From the sequence record PZ296772.1: 64,000 bases of DNA, one strand, 5' to 3'. The stretch is from a phage. The first letter of the stretch is position 1. Every line of letters begins with the position of its first letter. The notes beneath the pieces are model-generated. The model was given only the letters and a program-made list of their open reading frames with translations, had not been told where the DNA came from and ran no database searches. This document shows, one piece after another, positions 37,779 to 47,048 of this stretch. A program made the translations under genes and the position numbers.

Positions 37779-37972
37779 ACAAGCCCTATAATAGCAAAGG
37801 CCAAATCAACTACAGTATCCAATGGAACAGAAGGAACTATAATACCATGGGCAACTAACAATGGCGCAATCCCGAAGTTCCATGAAATAATGCCACCTAC
37901 AACTATTGCAGCGATAGCAGTTTTCTTTTTATTGCCTTTAATAGCGTTGATTAACGATGGAAGTTTAAACAT
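37775..37972 (-). CDS. small membrane protein encoded antisense to the early gene array
   Basis: 65 aa, two hydrophobic helices; perfect RBS aaggag 7 nt upstream on - strand; sits in the 61-56 gap. Confidence 0.5.
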   Translation of the reverse strand: MFKLPSLINAIKGNKKKTAIAAIVVGGIISWNFGIAPLLVAHGIIVPSVPLDTVVDLAFAIIGLV

Positions 37973-38060
37973 AATATCTCCTTAGTTACCTATTATTTAT
38001 TACGCTTTATAAAATTAATGTTAGAATTAACTCTCTTATACTGAATTGAAAGGAAAAATT

Positions 38061-38582
38061 ATGGCACACTTTAACGAATGTTCACAACTTATTTCTGGTG
38101 TTGATAAAGCAGAAGAAGCTTATTTTAATGCTCTGATTCACGAAGATAAAGACCCACTGCAGGTAATGCTTGATATGCAGAAATCTTTACAGGTTCGTTT
38201 GGCAAATGATAAGCCTGAACATAACAAACATCCTGATGAATTGGCTACTGCCGGTGATGTTGTTGATTGGCTGCGTAATCAGAAAGATTATATTGATGAT
38301 GAATTCCGTGAACTGCTGACTTCACTTGGCGGTATGAGCAATGGTGAAAAAGCCGCTAGCTCTGTATGGAAGCCGTGGAAAGCACAACATGCTGAATATC
38401 GTAATCGTCGTATCGATGAACTGTCTCCTGAAGACCAGCTTGAAATTAAATTCGAGATGATTGACATCCTCCACTTTGTTCTGAATATGTTCCAAGGTCT
38501 GGGTCTTTCTGCTGAAGAAATCTTTAAACTTTACTACTTGAAAAACCAACACAACTTTGAACGCCAGGATAACGGTTACTAA
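38061..38582 (+). CDS. 56: dCTPase-dUTPase gp56
   Basis: MAHFNEC...DPLQVMLDMQ...LTSLGGMSNGEKA matches T4 gp56 from memory. Confidence 0.9.
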   Translation: MAHFNECSQLISGVDKAEEAYFNALIHEDKDPLQVMLDMQKSLQVRLANDKPEHNKHPDELATAGDVVDWLRNQKDYIDDEFRELLTSLGGMSNGEKAASSVWKPWKAQHAEYRNRRIDELSPEDQLEIKFEMIDILHFVLNMFQGLGLSAEEIFKLYYLKNQHNFERQDNGY

Positions 38583-38588
38583 TTAAGT

Positions 38589-38596
38589 TATAAATA
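38589..38596 (+). promoter_or_regulatory. T4-type late promoter TATAAATA for soc
   Basis: exact tataaata about 32 bp upstream of soc ATG. Confidence 0.65.
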
Positions 38597-38627
38597 CACC
38601 TGTAATTAAACAACAAAGGAGTTAATT

Positions 38628-38864
38628 ATGGGTGGTTACGTTAATATCAAAACCTTTACGCATCCTGCCGGTGAAGGCAAAGAAGTTAAAGGTATGGAAG
38701 TTTCTGTACCGTTTGAGATTTATTCAAACGAACATCGGATTGCAGATTCTCATTACCAAATCTTTCCATCAGAAAAGGCAGCATATTCTACTGTAGTTTC
38801 TGATGCGGCTGATTGGAAAACTAAGAATGCCGCAATGTTTACCCCTACACCAGTAAGTGGTTAA
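38628..38864 (+). CDS. soc: small outer capsid protein Soc
   Basis: GYVNIKTF...HYQIFPSEKAAYSTV matches T4 Soc from memory. Confidence 0.88.
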   Translation: MGGYVNIKTFTHPAGEGKEVKGMEVSVPFEIYSNEHRIADSHYQIFPSEKAAYSTVVSDAADWKTKNAAMFTPTPVSG

Positions 38865-38873
38865 ATAATTTAA

Positions 38874-38898
38874 GGAATCCTTCGGGATTCCTTTTTTG
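38874..38898 (+). terminator. rho-independent terminator
   Basis: ggaatcc-ttcg-ggattcc hairpin plus ttttttg. Confidence 0.75.
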
Positions 38899-38963
38899 TT
38901 TCTACAGTTTACAACCACTAAAAACTGTGTTAAGATATTTTTACTTACTCAAGAGGAGAACAA

Positions 38964-39192
38964 TATGTTAAATCGTTGGATTAAACCTAATAACACATTA
39001 GGTGCTTTGATTGCTCAAGAAGTTTCATTGAAATACGGCCTTGGATATTATGATGATGTAGTCGTACACTCGTTCATGATGGATGGTGAAAACGTCAAAT
39101 TTAATGCCGAAATCCGTTGGGATGACGGTGGTGTTCGTTTTGTTCGAGGAACAATTAATGCTTACGATGCTGAAGAAGTTGTTTGCTGTTAA
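38964..39192 (+). CDS. hypothetical protein
   Basis: 76 aa; gaggag RBS. Confidence 0.5.
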
Positions 39193-39205
39193 ACCAGGCG
39201 AAGGT

Positions 39206-39406
39206 ATGATGCCGATTCCTGATACACACGAAAAAAGTTGGGAATACATTGGTGATGGAATGATGGAAGAAGTTGTTCGTCCAAAAACAAAACAGGTTAA
39301 TGCTTCAAGCTCTTCCGATTATAATCATTCATACGTATCGTCTTGGCCTGGTGATTCTGGGTCAAGTTATTCTGATTGTGGTTCAAGCTCAGGGAGCTGC
39401 GAATGA
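39206..39406 (+). CDS. hypothetical Ser-rich protein
   Basis: 66 aa; gaagg RBS. Confidence 0.4.
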   Translation: MMPIPDTHEKSWEYIGDGMMEEVVRPKTKQVNASSSSDYNHSYVSSWPGDSGSSYSDCGSSSGSCE

Positions 39407-39582
39407 ACAGAATAGTAAAATGGTTTAAAAGCTTGAATGATGGTGTCGGTCCGGAAGATTGGCTGGATGTTCTTGAAGAGAATATGGCTAAAGAATTCCA
39501 GAAACACGAAGAGAAGCTCGTCGAAGATGAAGGCGAACGTATTGTAAAACTTTATATGGGTGAACCATCGAGGAAATTATAA
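39402..39582 (+). CDS. hypothetical protein
   Basis: 59 aa; ATGA overlap. Confidence 0.4.
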
Positions 39583-40046
39583 TGGATGCTATGTTATTTA
39601 AAATGTATTTGCTTGAAGCCAAGTCGTTTAAACATATACCAGTAGAAGATAAGACTCCACTAGAAATAGCTATTCTCATTAACAAAAGTCTAAATAATCC
39701 GCAATATATCGTAGAAGAATTCTGCAAATTGCAGATTCCTAAAGGTTACAAAATTCGTGTAGAGCGAGTTGGAGCTATTACTCATTCTAAAAATTCTCCG
39801 TTTAGTCTTGAAGAAGGCATAAAGGACTTAGGTTATGAATCTACGGAAAATGCAGTTTATGTGAATCCTGAAAAGCGTTTAGACTTGTTTGAAAAGCGAG
39901 ACCATAAGTATTTTGCCAAAAAATACTTTATTACATCATTAGCAGATTTAATCCATTTGCAACGAGCTATTTGGAAATTTTTTAAGACAAAAGGTGTAGT
40001 ACTAGAAACATTCTCTGAACCTGCTAGTTTTTATCTCGGTGAATAA
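39582..40046 (+). CDS. hypothetical protein
   Basis: 154-aa ORF. Confidence 0.5.
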   Translation: MDAMLFKMYLLEAKSFKHIPVEDKTPLEIAILINKSLNNPQYIVEEFCKLQIPKGYKIRVERVGAITHSKNSPFSLEEGIKDLGYESTENAVYVNPEKRLDLFEKRDHKYFAKKYFITSLADLIHLQRAIWKFFKTKGVVLETFSEPASFYLGE

Positions 40047-40047
40047 T

Positions 40048-40227
40048 ATGGACTTGATGAGTATGTTTGATGAGCCTGAAGTTGAGGCTCCTAAAGTGCA
40101 TCGTAGTGAACTTGTTGATGAACTAGATAGTATTATACAACGACACGGCTTTAGTTTACCTGTTGAAGCCCTGAAAGACCTTGCCTCTTATTATGACGAC
40201 CCTCCACCATGGAGTCCTTGGAAATGA
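40048..40227 (+). CDS. hypothetical acidic protein
   Basis: 59 aa. Confidence 0.4.
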   Translation: MDLMSMFDEPEVEAPKVHRSELVDELDSIIQRHGFSLPVEALKDLASYYDDPPPWSPWK

Positions 40228-40388
40228 AAGAGAAATTTAAAGAGAAATTCTTACTAGAAATCAAGGAAAAAGACTTTGAGACATGGTATCGAATGGTGAA
40301 AGGGTTGACATTGCTTTTTAAAGCATCCTTATTCATGTTAGAACAACCTGGTCCTGATGGACCTTTAGTAGGAAAGCTTAAAAAGTAG
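40224..40388 (+). CDS. hypothetical small protein (below ORF-track cutoff)
   Basis: 54 aa MKEKFKEKFLLEIKEKDFETWYRMVKGL... Confidence 0.3.
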   Translation: MKEKFKEKFLLEIKEKDFETWYRMVKGLTLLFKASLFMLEQPGPDGPLVGKLKK

Positions 40389-40443
40389 TTTACATTCCCT
40401 CCTCTCGTGTTATGATAGGCTTATCTTTAAATGGAGGTCTATC

Positions 40444-41025
40444 ATGACATGTCAATCTGAACTTCAAGAACATGAATACCTAACAAATCTGATTGATAGC
40501 AAATTCACCCGCCAAGAACAAAACATTCTCTGGGCCTGCACCGATTCTAAGGAAGACCCGGATTTCCACTATGAATTAGACCATCTTGTTCGTAAGCATA
40601 TGACTTCTACAGTGCCAGTAGAACTCTACCGTGGTGTAACTCCAGAAGAAGTAGAACGTCTTTCCCTTCTTTCTGTGGGATGCCATTGGTCTCCTGGACG
40701 AGTAACATCGTTCACAACTGATTTCAGTACAGCTCGTCAATTCTCCGGGAGATGGGAATATCAGACGTACACTATTCTTAGTCTCAGGAATGCTCCATTC
40801 ATTTTTGATTACTACCAAAACATGGTTAACATTGTACTTGCCGGAAAGAACCCTAAGCATGTTATGGAAGAAACGCGTGTTGACGTCCTAGATATGATTG
40901 AATCTGAACAAGAATACATGGTCTCAGGTATCTCTAGATTTGAGATTGTGGAAATTGAAGAGTTAGAGTATGACCCTTTGCCTCGAGTATACAAAATCAT
41001 TCACTTAAAGATGTTGAATTTTTAG
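40444..41025 (+). CDS. ADP-ribosyltransferase, ModA/ModB family (R-S-EXE)
   Basis: 193 aa; YRG arginine, VTSFTTDFS STS-like, ESEQEY EXE motif; paralogue of the next gene. Confidence 0.6.
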   Translation: MTCQSELQEHEYLTNLIDSKFTRQEQNILWACTDSKEDPDFHYELDHLVRKHMTSTVPVELYRGVTPEEVERLSLLSVGCHWSPGRVTSFTTDFSTARQFSGRWEYQTYTILSLRNAPFIFDYYQNMVNIVLAGKNPKHVMEETRVDVLDMIESEQEYMVSGISRFEIVEIEELEYDPLPRVYKIIHLKMLNF

Positions 41026-41082
41026 TGTACAAACTCTACCTACGATGATACTATACTTTTATCAACCAGAGGAGAAACCTAA

Positions 41083-41691
41083 ATGTTTATGCCGTATAAC
41101 GAGTGTGAAATTGAAGAAATGGTTCGTCGTGCTCAAAACCCCGAATATCAAGATGTATTGCAGTACGAAATTGATAGTCAATTCAGCGACATTGAACAAA
41201 GTGTACTGTGGCAGTGTATGGAAAACAAGCCAGACTGTATTCAACAGGAGTTAAGTTCAATCGTTCGTAGAAATTGGACGTCTTCTGTTCCTGAGACAAT
41301 GTATCGTGGAATCTCTAAGAAAACTATGGCCACACTCGATGATAAAGGCATTGGTAGTATTATTAAATTTGACAGAGTAATGAGCTTTAGTCCAGTGTTT
41401 GGTGTAGCACGTAACTTCGCTTCATATAATTTTTATGGAACATTTAATATGTTCTGCGTCAAAGATGCACCATTTGCTTTCAACTTCCGTGAACATATGC
41501 TTAATATGATTCTGGCTGCACCATCTTGTGAGTTCAATGGAGCTTTCCCTGAAGCGACAAGACGGTCTAATGCTAGACTTATATCTGACGAATGTGAATT
41601 TATGCTCCCTATAGGGACTACACTGCGTGTAGATTCTATTATTCAAGATGGACGTTATACAATCTGGAATCTGTCTATTGTTGGTTACTGA
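41083..41691 (+). CDS. ADP-ribosyltransferase, ModA/ModB family (R-S-EXE)
   Basis: 202 aa; MYRG, VMSFSPVFG, SDECEF motifs. Confidence 0.6.
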   Translation: MFMPYNECEIEEMVRRAQNPEYQDVLQYEIDSQFSDIEQSVLWQCMENKPDCIQQELSSIVRRNWTSSVPETMYRGISKKTMATLDDKGIGSIIKFDRVMSFSPVFGVARNFASYNFYGTFNMFCVKDAPFAFNFREHMLNMILAAPSCEFNGAFPEATRRSNARLISDECEFMLPIGTTLRVDSIIQDGRYTIWNLSIVGY

Positions 41692-41843
41692 CTGGATTGG
41701 AATAACCGGATGGAACTCAGAACCATTATAACACATAAAAAATTAAAGCATTTTACGAAAAAAGTGTGTACACTACCTGAGGGCATGATATTATAGACCT
41801 ATCAGCTAAATGACCTAACGTCCGTAAGACAGAGGAAAATATT

Positions 41844-42590
41844 ATGTTATCAAATAATAAAATTAACAAAATCAATCGTCGTCTTGACCACACCAGAGCT
41901 TCTGCGAAGAGACGCTCTAAGGATTTTAACTTAGATTTTAATTACCTTAAAAACATTCTTGATCAAAAGGTCTGCGCTTACTCAGGTGAATCTTTCAATA
42001 ACTCTGTTGAAGGTGAGAAATTATCCTTAGAACGTTTTAATAATGATATAGGCTACATTAAAGGTAATGTTATCCCAGTTAAGAAAAAATATAACACGGC
42101 TCGTTCTGATTTAACATTAGAAGAACTTATTGAGAAACGTGATGCCATTGCAAGACGTATTGCTAATCCTTCTGCCCGTAAAGTAGAGAAACTTAATCTT
42201 GACGAGAAGAAATGGGCCCAAATTAAAAAGGTTTATGGTACTATTTTAAAAATCCGAGCAAAACGTGAAAACCGTGTTAAGCATATGGCGAACATGATGA
42301 AAAATCAACCTTTATCTAACGAATCTAAACTTAGAATTGTTGCTTTGAAAGCACGCATTAATGGCTCACATCAAGCAGAAGGCCATGAACTTACTAAACT
42401 CAACGTTCTTCTTAAAGGCTCTGACTGGAAAACTAAAACTAAATTAACTGACGCCGAATCGCTTTTCGATACATATGATAAAGTTATCCAAGGTCTGCAA
42501 CGTTTTGAAAAGATCGGTTTCATTGGTAAATTAAAATTGAAACGTGGCCTACCACTTAGCGCATCATTATTCCAACTGATTAAAGGTTAA
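41844..42590 (+). CDS. hypothetical basic protein (Srd position; degenerate HNH-like N-terminus possible)
   Basis: 248 aa; RLDHTRA...CAYSGESF...NNDIGYIKGNV segment; lies between the ART pair and dda. Confidence 0.45.
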   Translation: MLSNNKINKINRRLDHTRASAKRRSKDFNLDFNYLKNILDQKVCAYSGESFNNSVEGEKLSLERFNNDIGYIKGNVIPVKKKYNTARSDLTLEELIEKRDAIARRIANPSARKVEKLNLDEKKWAQIKKVYGTILKIRAKRENRVKHMANMMKNQPLSNESKLRIVALKARINGSHQAEGHELTKLNVLLKGSDWKTKTKLTDAESLFDTYDKVIQGLQRFEKIGFIGKLKLKRGLPLSASLFQLIKG

Positions 42591-42592
42591 TT

Positions 42593-42904
42593 ATGGTTTA
42601 TGTATATGCAATAGTTTATCGAGATATGGAAGGATTTACTGTCCCGGTTCCACTTGATGAGCATCGTCCTGCAGTATTTTTTAGAAAGGATATTGCAGAT
42701 AAAGTTTTCGATACTTTGAAAACACAGTATAAAACAGATTTAAAAATGGGAGTTCTAAGAATGGTCGAAACTCCGCGTAAGTTCTGGTTTAATAAGCTTG
42801 AAATGAAACACGTTAAACTAGATGCGGAGACGCAAAAATTGTATCAACGAATCCTGGACACAGGCCGTATTGTTAGTATTCCAATTGCAGGGACTTTACG
42901 ATGA
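42593..42904 (+). CDS. hypothetical protein
   Basis: 103-aa ORF coupled to dda. Confidence 0.5.
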   Translation: MVYVYAIVYRDMEGFTVPVPLDEHRPAVFFRKDIADKVFDTLKTQYKTDLKMGVLRMVETPRKFWFNKLEMKHVKLDAETQKLYQRILDTGRIVSIPIAGTLR

Positions 42905-44214
42905 CATTTGATGATTTGACTGAAGGCCAGAAAAACGCCTTCAACGTTGTTATGGAAGCTATTAAAGAAAAGAAACATCATGTAACTATTAATGGACCTG
43001 CTGGTACAGGTAAAACAACCCTTACTAGATTCATCGTTGAAGCCCTTATTTCTTCTGGAGAATCAGGTATTATTTTAGCAGCCCCTACACATGCTGCTAA
43101 AAAGGTTCTAAGCAAACTTGCGGGTCAAGAAGCATCGACTATTCATAGCATTCTTAAAATCAACCCAACTACATACGAAGAAAACGTATTATTTGAACAG
43201 AAAAAGGTTCCAGACTTAGCCTTGTGTCGTGTACTGTTATTTGATGAAGCGTCAATGTGCGACCGTTCTCTGTTTAAAATAATGTTAGCTAGTATCCCTA
43301 AATGGTGTACAGTAATTGGAATCGGCGACCGATGCCAGATTCGTCCGGTAGACCCAGGCGAATCAACTGCGTATCTAAGTCCTTTCTTCACTCACAAAGA
43401 CTTCGTGCAATGCAACCTTACAGAAGTTAAACGTAGCAATGCACCAATTATTGATGTTGCGACTGATATTCGTAACGGCAAATGGATTTACGATAAAGTA
43501 GTTGATGGGCACGGTGTTCACGGATATACAGACCTTAAATCGTATATGATGAACTATTTTAACGTCGTTAAAACTCCTGAAGACCTTTTCGAAAATCGAA
43601 TGATGGCATTCACAAATAAGTCGGTGGACAAGTTAAATTCAATTATTCGCCGAAAACTTCTTGAAACAGAAAAACCATTTATTAAAGACGAAGTCATTGT
43701 TCTACAAGAGCCGTTTACTAAGACATATAAGCTAGATGGTAAAAATATGACCGAAATGCTTTTCAATAACGGTCAATTCGTTCGTATTCGAGATGCTGTA
43801 GAAACGTCTACATTCGTTAAAGCACGTGGTGTTTCAGGCGAATATATGATACGATACTGGAATCTTACAGTAGAAACGTATGGGGATGATGAAGAATACA
43901 TCCGCGAAGATATAAAGGTTATTTCTTCTGAAGAAGAGCTTTATAAATTCAATTTGTTTTTGGCTAAGACCGCAGAAACATACAAATTTTGGAATAAAGG
44001 TGGTAAAGCTCCATGGAGCGAATTCTGGGATGCTAAACGTATGTTCACTAAGGTGAAGGCACTACCAGTATCAACCTTCCATAAGGCCCAGGGTATGTCT
44101 GTTGACACGGCCTTTGTTTATACACCGTGTATCCATTACGCCGATTCAGAATTAGCTAAACAGTTATTGTATGTCGGCACAACTCGTGGTCGGTTTGACG
44201 TCCATTTTATTTGA
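42901..44214 (+). CDS. dda: SF1 DNA helicase Dda
   Basis: Walker A GPAGTGKTT; MTFDDLTEGQKNAFN matches T4 Dda from memory. Confidence 0.92.
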   Translation: MTFDDLTEGQKNAFNVVMEAIKEKKHHVTINGPAGTGKTTLTRFIVEALISSGESGIILAAPTHAAKKVLSKLAGQEASTIHSILKINPTTYEENVLFEQKKVPDLALCRVLLFDEASMCDRSLFKIMLASIPKWCTVIGIGDRCQIRPVDPGESTAYLSPFFTHKDFVQCNLTEVKRSNAPIIDVATDIRNGKWIYDKVVDGHGVHGYTDLKSYMMNYFNVVKTPEDLFENRMMAFTNKSVDKLNSIIRRKLLETEKPFIKDEVIVLQEPFTKTYKLDGKNMTEMLFNNGQFVRIRDAVETSTFVKARGVSGEYMIRYWNLTVETYGDDEEYIREDIKVISSEEELYKFNLFLAKTAETYKFWNKGGKAPWSEFWDAKRMFTKVKALPVSTFHKAQGMSVDTAFVYTPCIHYADSELAKQLLYVGTTRGRFDVHFI

Positions 44215-44223
44215 GAGAAAATT

Positions 44224-44901
44224 ATGAGCACTGATGTTATTATAGATTTTGAAACATTCGGCAATACATCAAAAGCGGCTGTTATTGACCTTGCGGTTAT
44301 TGCATATAATTCCGACCCTGAAGTTGTTGAATCATTTGAAGAACTTGTTCAACGAGGTAAGCGAATTAAATTTAATTTAGCTTCTCAGAAAGGGAAGCGA
44401 GTTTTCGCTAAATCCACTATGAAATGGTGGAAAGAACAATCGGCTGAAGCACGTAAAAACTTGGCTCCGTCTGAAGACGATGTCACTACGCTTGAAGGCA
44501 TTAAAATCTTTTTAGACTATTGCCGAGCTAATAAAGTTGACCAATGGAAATCACAGATGTGGTGTCGTGGTATGAGCTTTGACTTCCCGATATTGGTCGA
44601 TTTGATTCGTGACCTCTATCGTGATGAAGGTGTTCCTGAACCAGAGATTGATACTGATAAATTAGAACCGGTTAAATTCTGGGCTCAACGTGATATTCGT
44701 ACGGCAATCGAAGCTTACTCGTTGACACGAGGATTAAGTATGTGTCCATTACCGATGGGTACGCTAAAAGGATTCGTTGCCCATGATAGTATTCATGATT
44801 GTGCTAAAGATATTTTGATGTTAAAATATGCTCAGCGTTATGCGCTTGGTCTTGAAGATGTCCCTGAGAATCCTGACCCGTTAAGTGTAAAACAGCGATA
44901 A
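44224..44901 (+). CDS. dexA: exonuclease A (DnaQ-like 3'-5' exonuclease)
   Basis: 225 aa; N-terminal IIDFETFG exo motif; conserved position after dda. Confidence 0.8.
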   Translation: MSTDVIIDFETFGNTSKAAVIDLAVIAYNSDPEVVESFEELVQRGKRIKFNLASQKGKRVFAKSTMKWWKEQSAEARKNLAPSEDDVTTLEGIKIFLDYCRANKVDQWKSQMWCRGMSFDFPILVDLIRDLYRDEGVPEPEIDTDKLEPVKFWAQRDIRTAIEAYSLTRGLSMCPLPMGTLKGFVAHDSIHDCAKDILMLKYAQRYALGLEDVPENPDPLSVKQR

Positions 44902-44906
44902 AATCA

Positions 44907-44936
44907 GTTTACAACCAAGGACGGTTGGAGTATAAT
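44907..44936 (+). promoter_or_regulatory. sigma70-type early promoter (conserved-spacer family)
   Basis: gtttaca, spacer ccaaggacggttgg, tataat. Confidence 0.6.
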
Positions 44937-44966
44937 CTTTCTATCTTAACCAAACGGGAAACAATT

Positions 44967-45461
44967 ATGAATATCAATACTACGTCTACTTACATCCTGA
45001 AAGACGAAAAACAAATCAACTGGTACGGTGCTTCAGTGCGAGCTTATGAAAAGTTTTGTGAAATTTTAGGTGCCACTCAAGGTAATAGTTTCACTATTGT
45101 TAACTTCATTAAACAAGTTGAAGGCCCTTGGTTATTCTTAGAAATTAAAAATTCATACGGTACAATTTCTACTACTGCCATCCCAAGCACCGACTTTGAA
45201 CTGTTGATTGAAGAAGCACCTGTTAAAGATGGTCTCCACTTTGATATGGATATCGTTTGTATGTACGGTACTCTGATTAAGCCTATTGAGCCTACTGATT
45301 TATTGTGTAAATATGTTTCAATTCGACGCCCATTCGATGGTCCAGTAAATGGATGGGTAACTGACCAGTGGATTGAAGATGGGGTTGAACTTCTGAACGT
45401 TGTTCATGCCGGTGATTTTAGTGTGGTTCCACGTAGTGCAGTAGTTAATATTCTAAATTAA
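44967..45461 (+). CDS. paralogous family protein 1 (conserved C-terminal DQWxEDG domain)
   Basis: 164 aa; C-terminus GWVTDQWIEDGVELLNVVHAGDFSVVP. Confidence 0.55.
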   Translation: MNINTTSTYILKDEKQINWYGASVRAYEKFCEILGATQGNSFTIVNFIKQVEGPWLFLEIKNSYGTISTTAIPSTDFELLIEEAPVKDGLHFDMDIVCMYGTLIKPIEPTDLLCKYVSIRRPFDGPVNGWVTDQWIEDGVELLNVVHAGDFSVVPRSAVVNILN

Positions 45462-45463
45462 TG

Positions 45464-45493
45464 TTGTACATCCAAGGATGGATGGAGTATAAT
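45464..45493 (+). promoter_or_regulatory. sigma70-type early promoter (conserved-spacer family)
   Basis: ttgtaca, spacer tccaaggatggatgg, tataat. Confidence 0.6.
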
Positions 45494-45522
45494 GAATTCA
45501 ATTTAACAAAGAGAGAAAAATT

Positions 45523-45978
45523 ATGATTACTATTGGTGAAATTAAGCGTGTATCAACTGCATCCCGGTCTAAAGCCGCAGGTCGTCTGGTTGAAGTGGTA
45601 GGACTTCGCACAAATGGCATGGGACGCATTAAAGAAGTTAAAGTTCGAATCATTCCTAGTTTTGGACGTCAGGATACTCAGCACGCTTACGTAAGTCCTA
45701 AATTCTTGGAAACTCCTGTGAGCGCTCATTTTGCTTCTACTGAACCTAATGCACAGTTCAAATGGGCCTTGTGTAAAGGTGTTGAATTCCAGACTGATAA
45801 AGAATTTGACTTCATCGATGAATACGGTTATCCAAGCAAAACTGATACTATGTGTGGCTTCATTAGTGACCAATGGGTTGAAGATGGTGAAAAGTTATAC
45901 AATATCGTATTCTTAGGTGACTTCCGAGTTGTTAAAGAATCTGAAATCACTCGTTATGTGTCTCCTCGTAAAGCTTAA
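45523..45978 (+). CDS. paralogous family protein 2 (conserved C-terminal DQWxEDG domain)
   Basis: 151 aa; C-terminus GFISDQWVEDGEKLYNIVFLGDFRVV. Confidence 0.55.
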   Translation: MITIGEIKRVSTASRSKAAGRLVEVVGLRTNGMGRIKEVKVRIIPSFGRQDTQHAYVSPKFLETPVSAHFASTEPNAQFKWALCKGVEFQTDKEFDFIDEYGYPSKTDTMCGFISDQWVEDGEKLYNIVFLGDFRVVKESEITRYVSPRKA

Positions 45979-45987
45979 GGAATTATT

Positions 45988-46407
45988 ATGAATATTGTAA
46001 ATCTCTCTACAGGTGATTACGTATATGTATCTGTTGCTTCTCGCTCTAAAGTTGCCGGGAAGTTGGTTGAAGTTCTTTCTGTGAGTGATCCGGTTTTTGG
46101 TCGTAACCAAGTTAAAGTTCGTGACGCCGATGGTAACATTGGTTACGTTAAAAGCCAATTTATTGAACCAGAAGAAAAAGCGTTCAAATGGAAACTGGGC
46201 AGATCAGTTTTAGTTGTAAAAGACTACGAGTTCACCATTGCCGCTGCGACAGATGGAACACCGTGGACAACGAATCAAGTTGCTGGTTTTATTTCGGACC
46301 AATGGGTAGAAGATGGTGTTAAGCTTTATAACATTGTTTTCGCTGGGCAGTTCATGGTAGTTCCTGAGTTCCAAATCAAAAAATATTGTCCAGCATCTTT
46401 TGCATAA
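45988..46407 (+). CDS. paralogous family protein 3 (conserved C-terminal DQWxEDG domain)
   Basis: 139 aa; C-terminus GFISDQWVEDGVKLYNIVFAGQFMVVP; N-terminus resembles protein 2. Confidence 0.55.
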   Translation: MNIVNLSTGDYVYVSVASRSKVAGKLVEVLSVSDPVFGRNQVKVRDADGNIGYVKSQFIEPEEKAFKWKLGRSVLVVKDYEFTIAAATDGTPWTTNQVAGFISDQWVEDGVKLYNIVFAGQFMVVPEFQIKKYCPASFA

Positions 46408-46411
46408 AGTT

Positions 46412-46460
46412 GTTTACTTCTCCTCCGGTTTTGATATTATAACCATATCAACCAGAGGAG
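46412..46460 (+). promoter_or_regulatory. early promoter with flanking imperfect stem-loop (PeSL-like)
   Basis: gtttac -35, tattat -10, arms tcctccggtt / aaccagagga. Confidence 0.55.
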
Positions 46461-46466
46461 AATAAT

Positions 46467-46991
46467 ATGTTAGTTTACCGCGTAGAACGTAGTTTTTGTA
46501 CTCAACGTGAATCATTACCAGGAATTGCTATCGAAGATGGTAAAGCCGTCAGAATTTGGGAAACCTCTTGGAATAAAGAACCTCGCTCACCATACGGTTG
46601 GTCAGGCACCGACAACTCTGAAGAAACATGGGAGTTCCTTGATAAACATGGAATACTCTCAGGTAACTTCTACCATCATGGCGACAACTATAATGTCCCT
46701 AATCGTCCTACAGTAAATGAAGACAAACTCCTTGAACAAAATATCTTAAGATACCATAGAATTGAGCACACATTTGAATTGAACGAAGATTGGGCTCAAG
46801 GGTTCTATTTTGGATTTGAAAGTGTTGACGCGGTTTATGCATGGTTTGATGACCAGGTGGATGTTGAACTCTTGAAAGCTAAAGGATACTACATCGCTGT
46901 CTATGAAGCACCCGATTTCATCCTCGGAAGTTGTCAATTAATGTTTAGACGTTCATTGGCAGAACAAGTTGATTTTATTTTGCTAAAATGA
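46467..46991 (+). CDS. hypothetical protein
   Basis: 174 aa; gaggag RBS. Confidence 0.5.
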   Translation: MLVYRVERSFCTQRESLPGIAIEDGKAVRIWETSWNKEPRSPYGWSGTDNSEETWEFLDKHGILSGNFYHHGDNYNVPNRPTVNEDKLLEQNILRYHRIEHTFELNEDWAQGFYFGFESVDAVYAWFDDQVDVELLKAKGYYIAVYEAPDFILGSCQLMFRRSLAEQVDFILLK

Positions 46992-47025
46992 TGTACAACA
47001 ACTATGGTCTATGATACTATAGACC
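46992..47025 (+). promoter_or_regulatory. early promoter with stem-loop (PeSL-like)
   Basis: tgtacaa -35; -10 gatact in loop of ggtctat / atagacc inverted repeat. Confidence 0.55.
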
Positions 47026-47048
47026 TATCAAAACAAGAGGAGAATATT

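Noticed and set aside
41844-42590. Possible HNH homing endonuclease
   Set aside because: Only a weak degenerate resemblance (DH ... C-Y-SG ... N); not enough conserved residues to call
840-45493. Repeated about 30-bp promoter copies considered as a possible CRISPR-like array or terminal repeats
   Set aside because: Copies are dispersed (not regularly spaced), each sits at promoter distance from an ORF, and spacer-repeat architecture is absent
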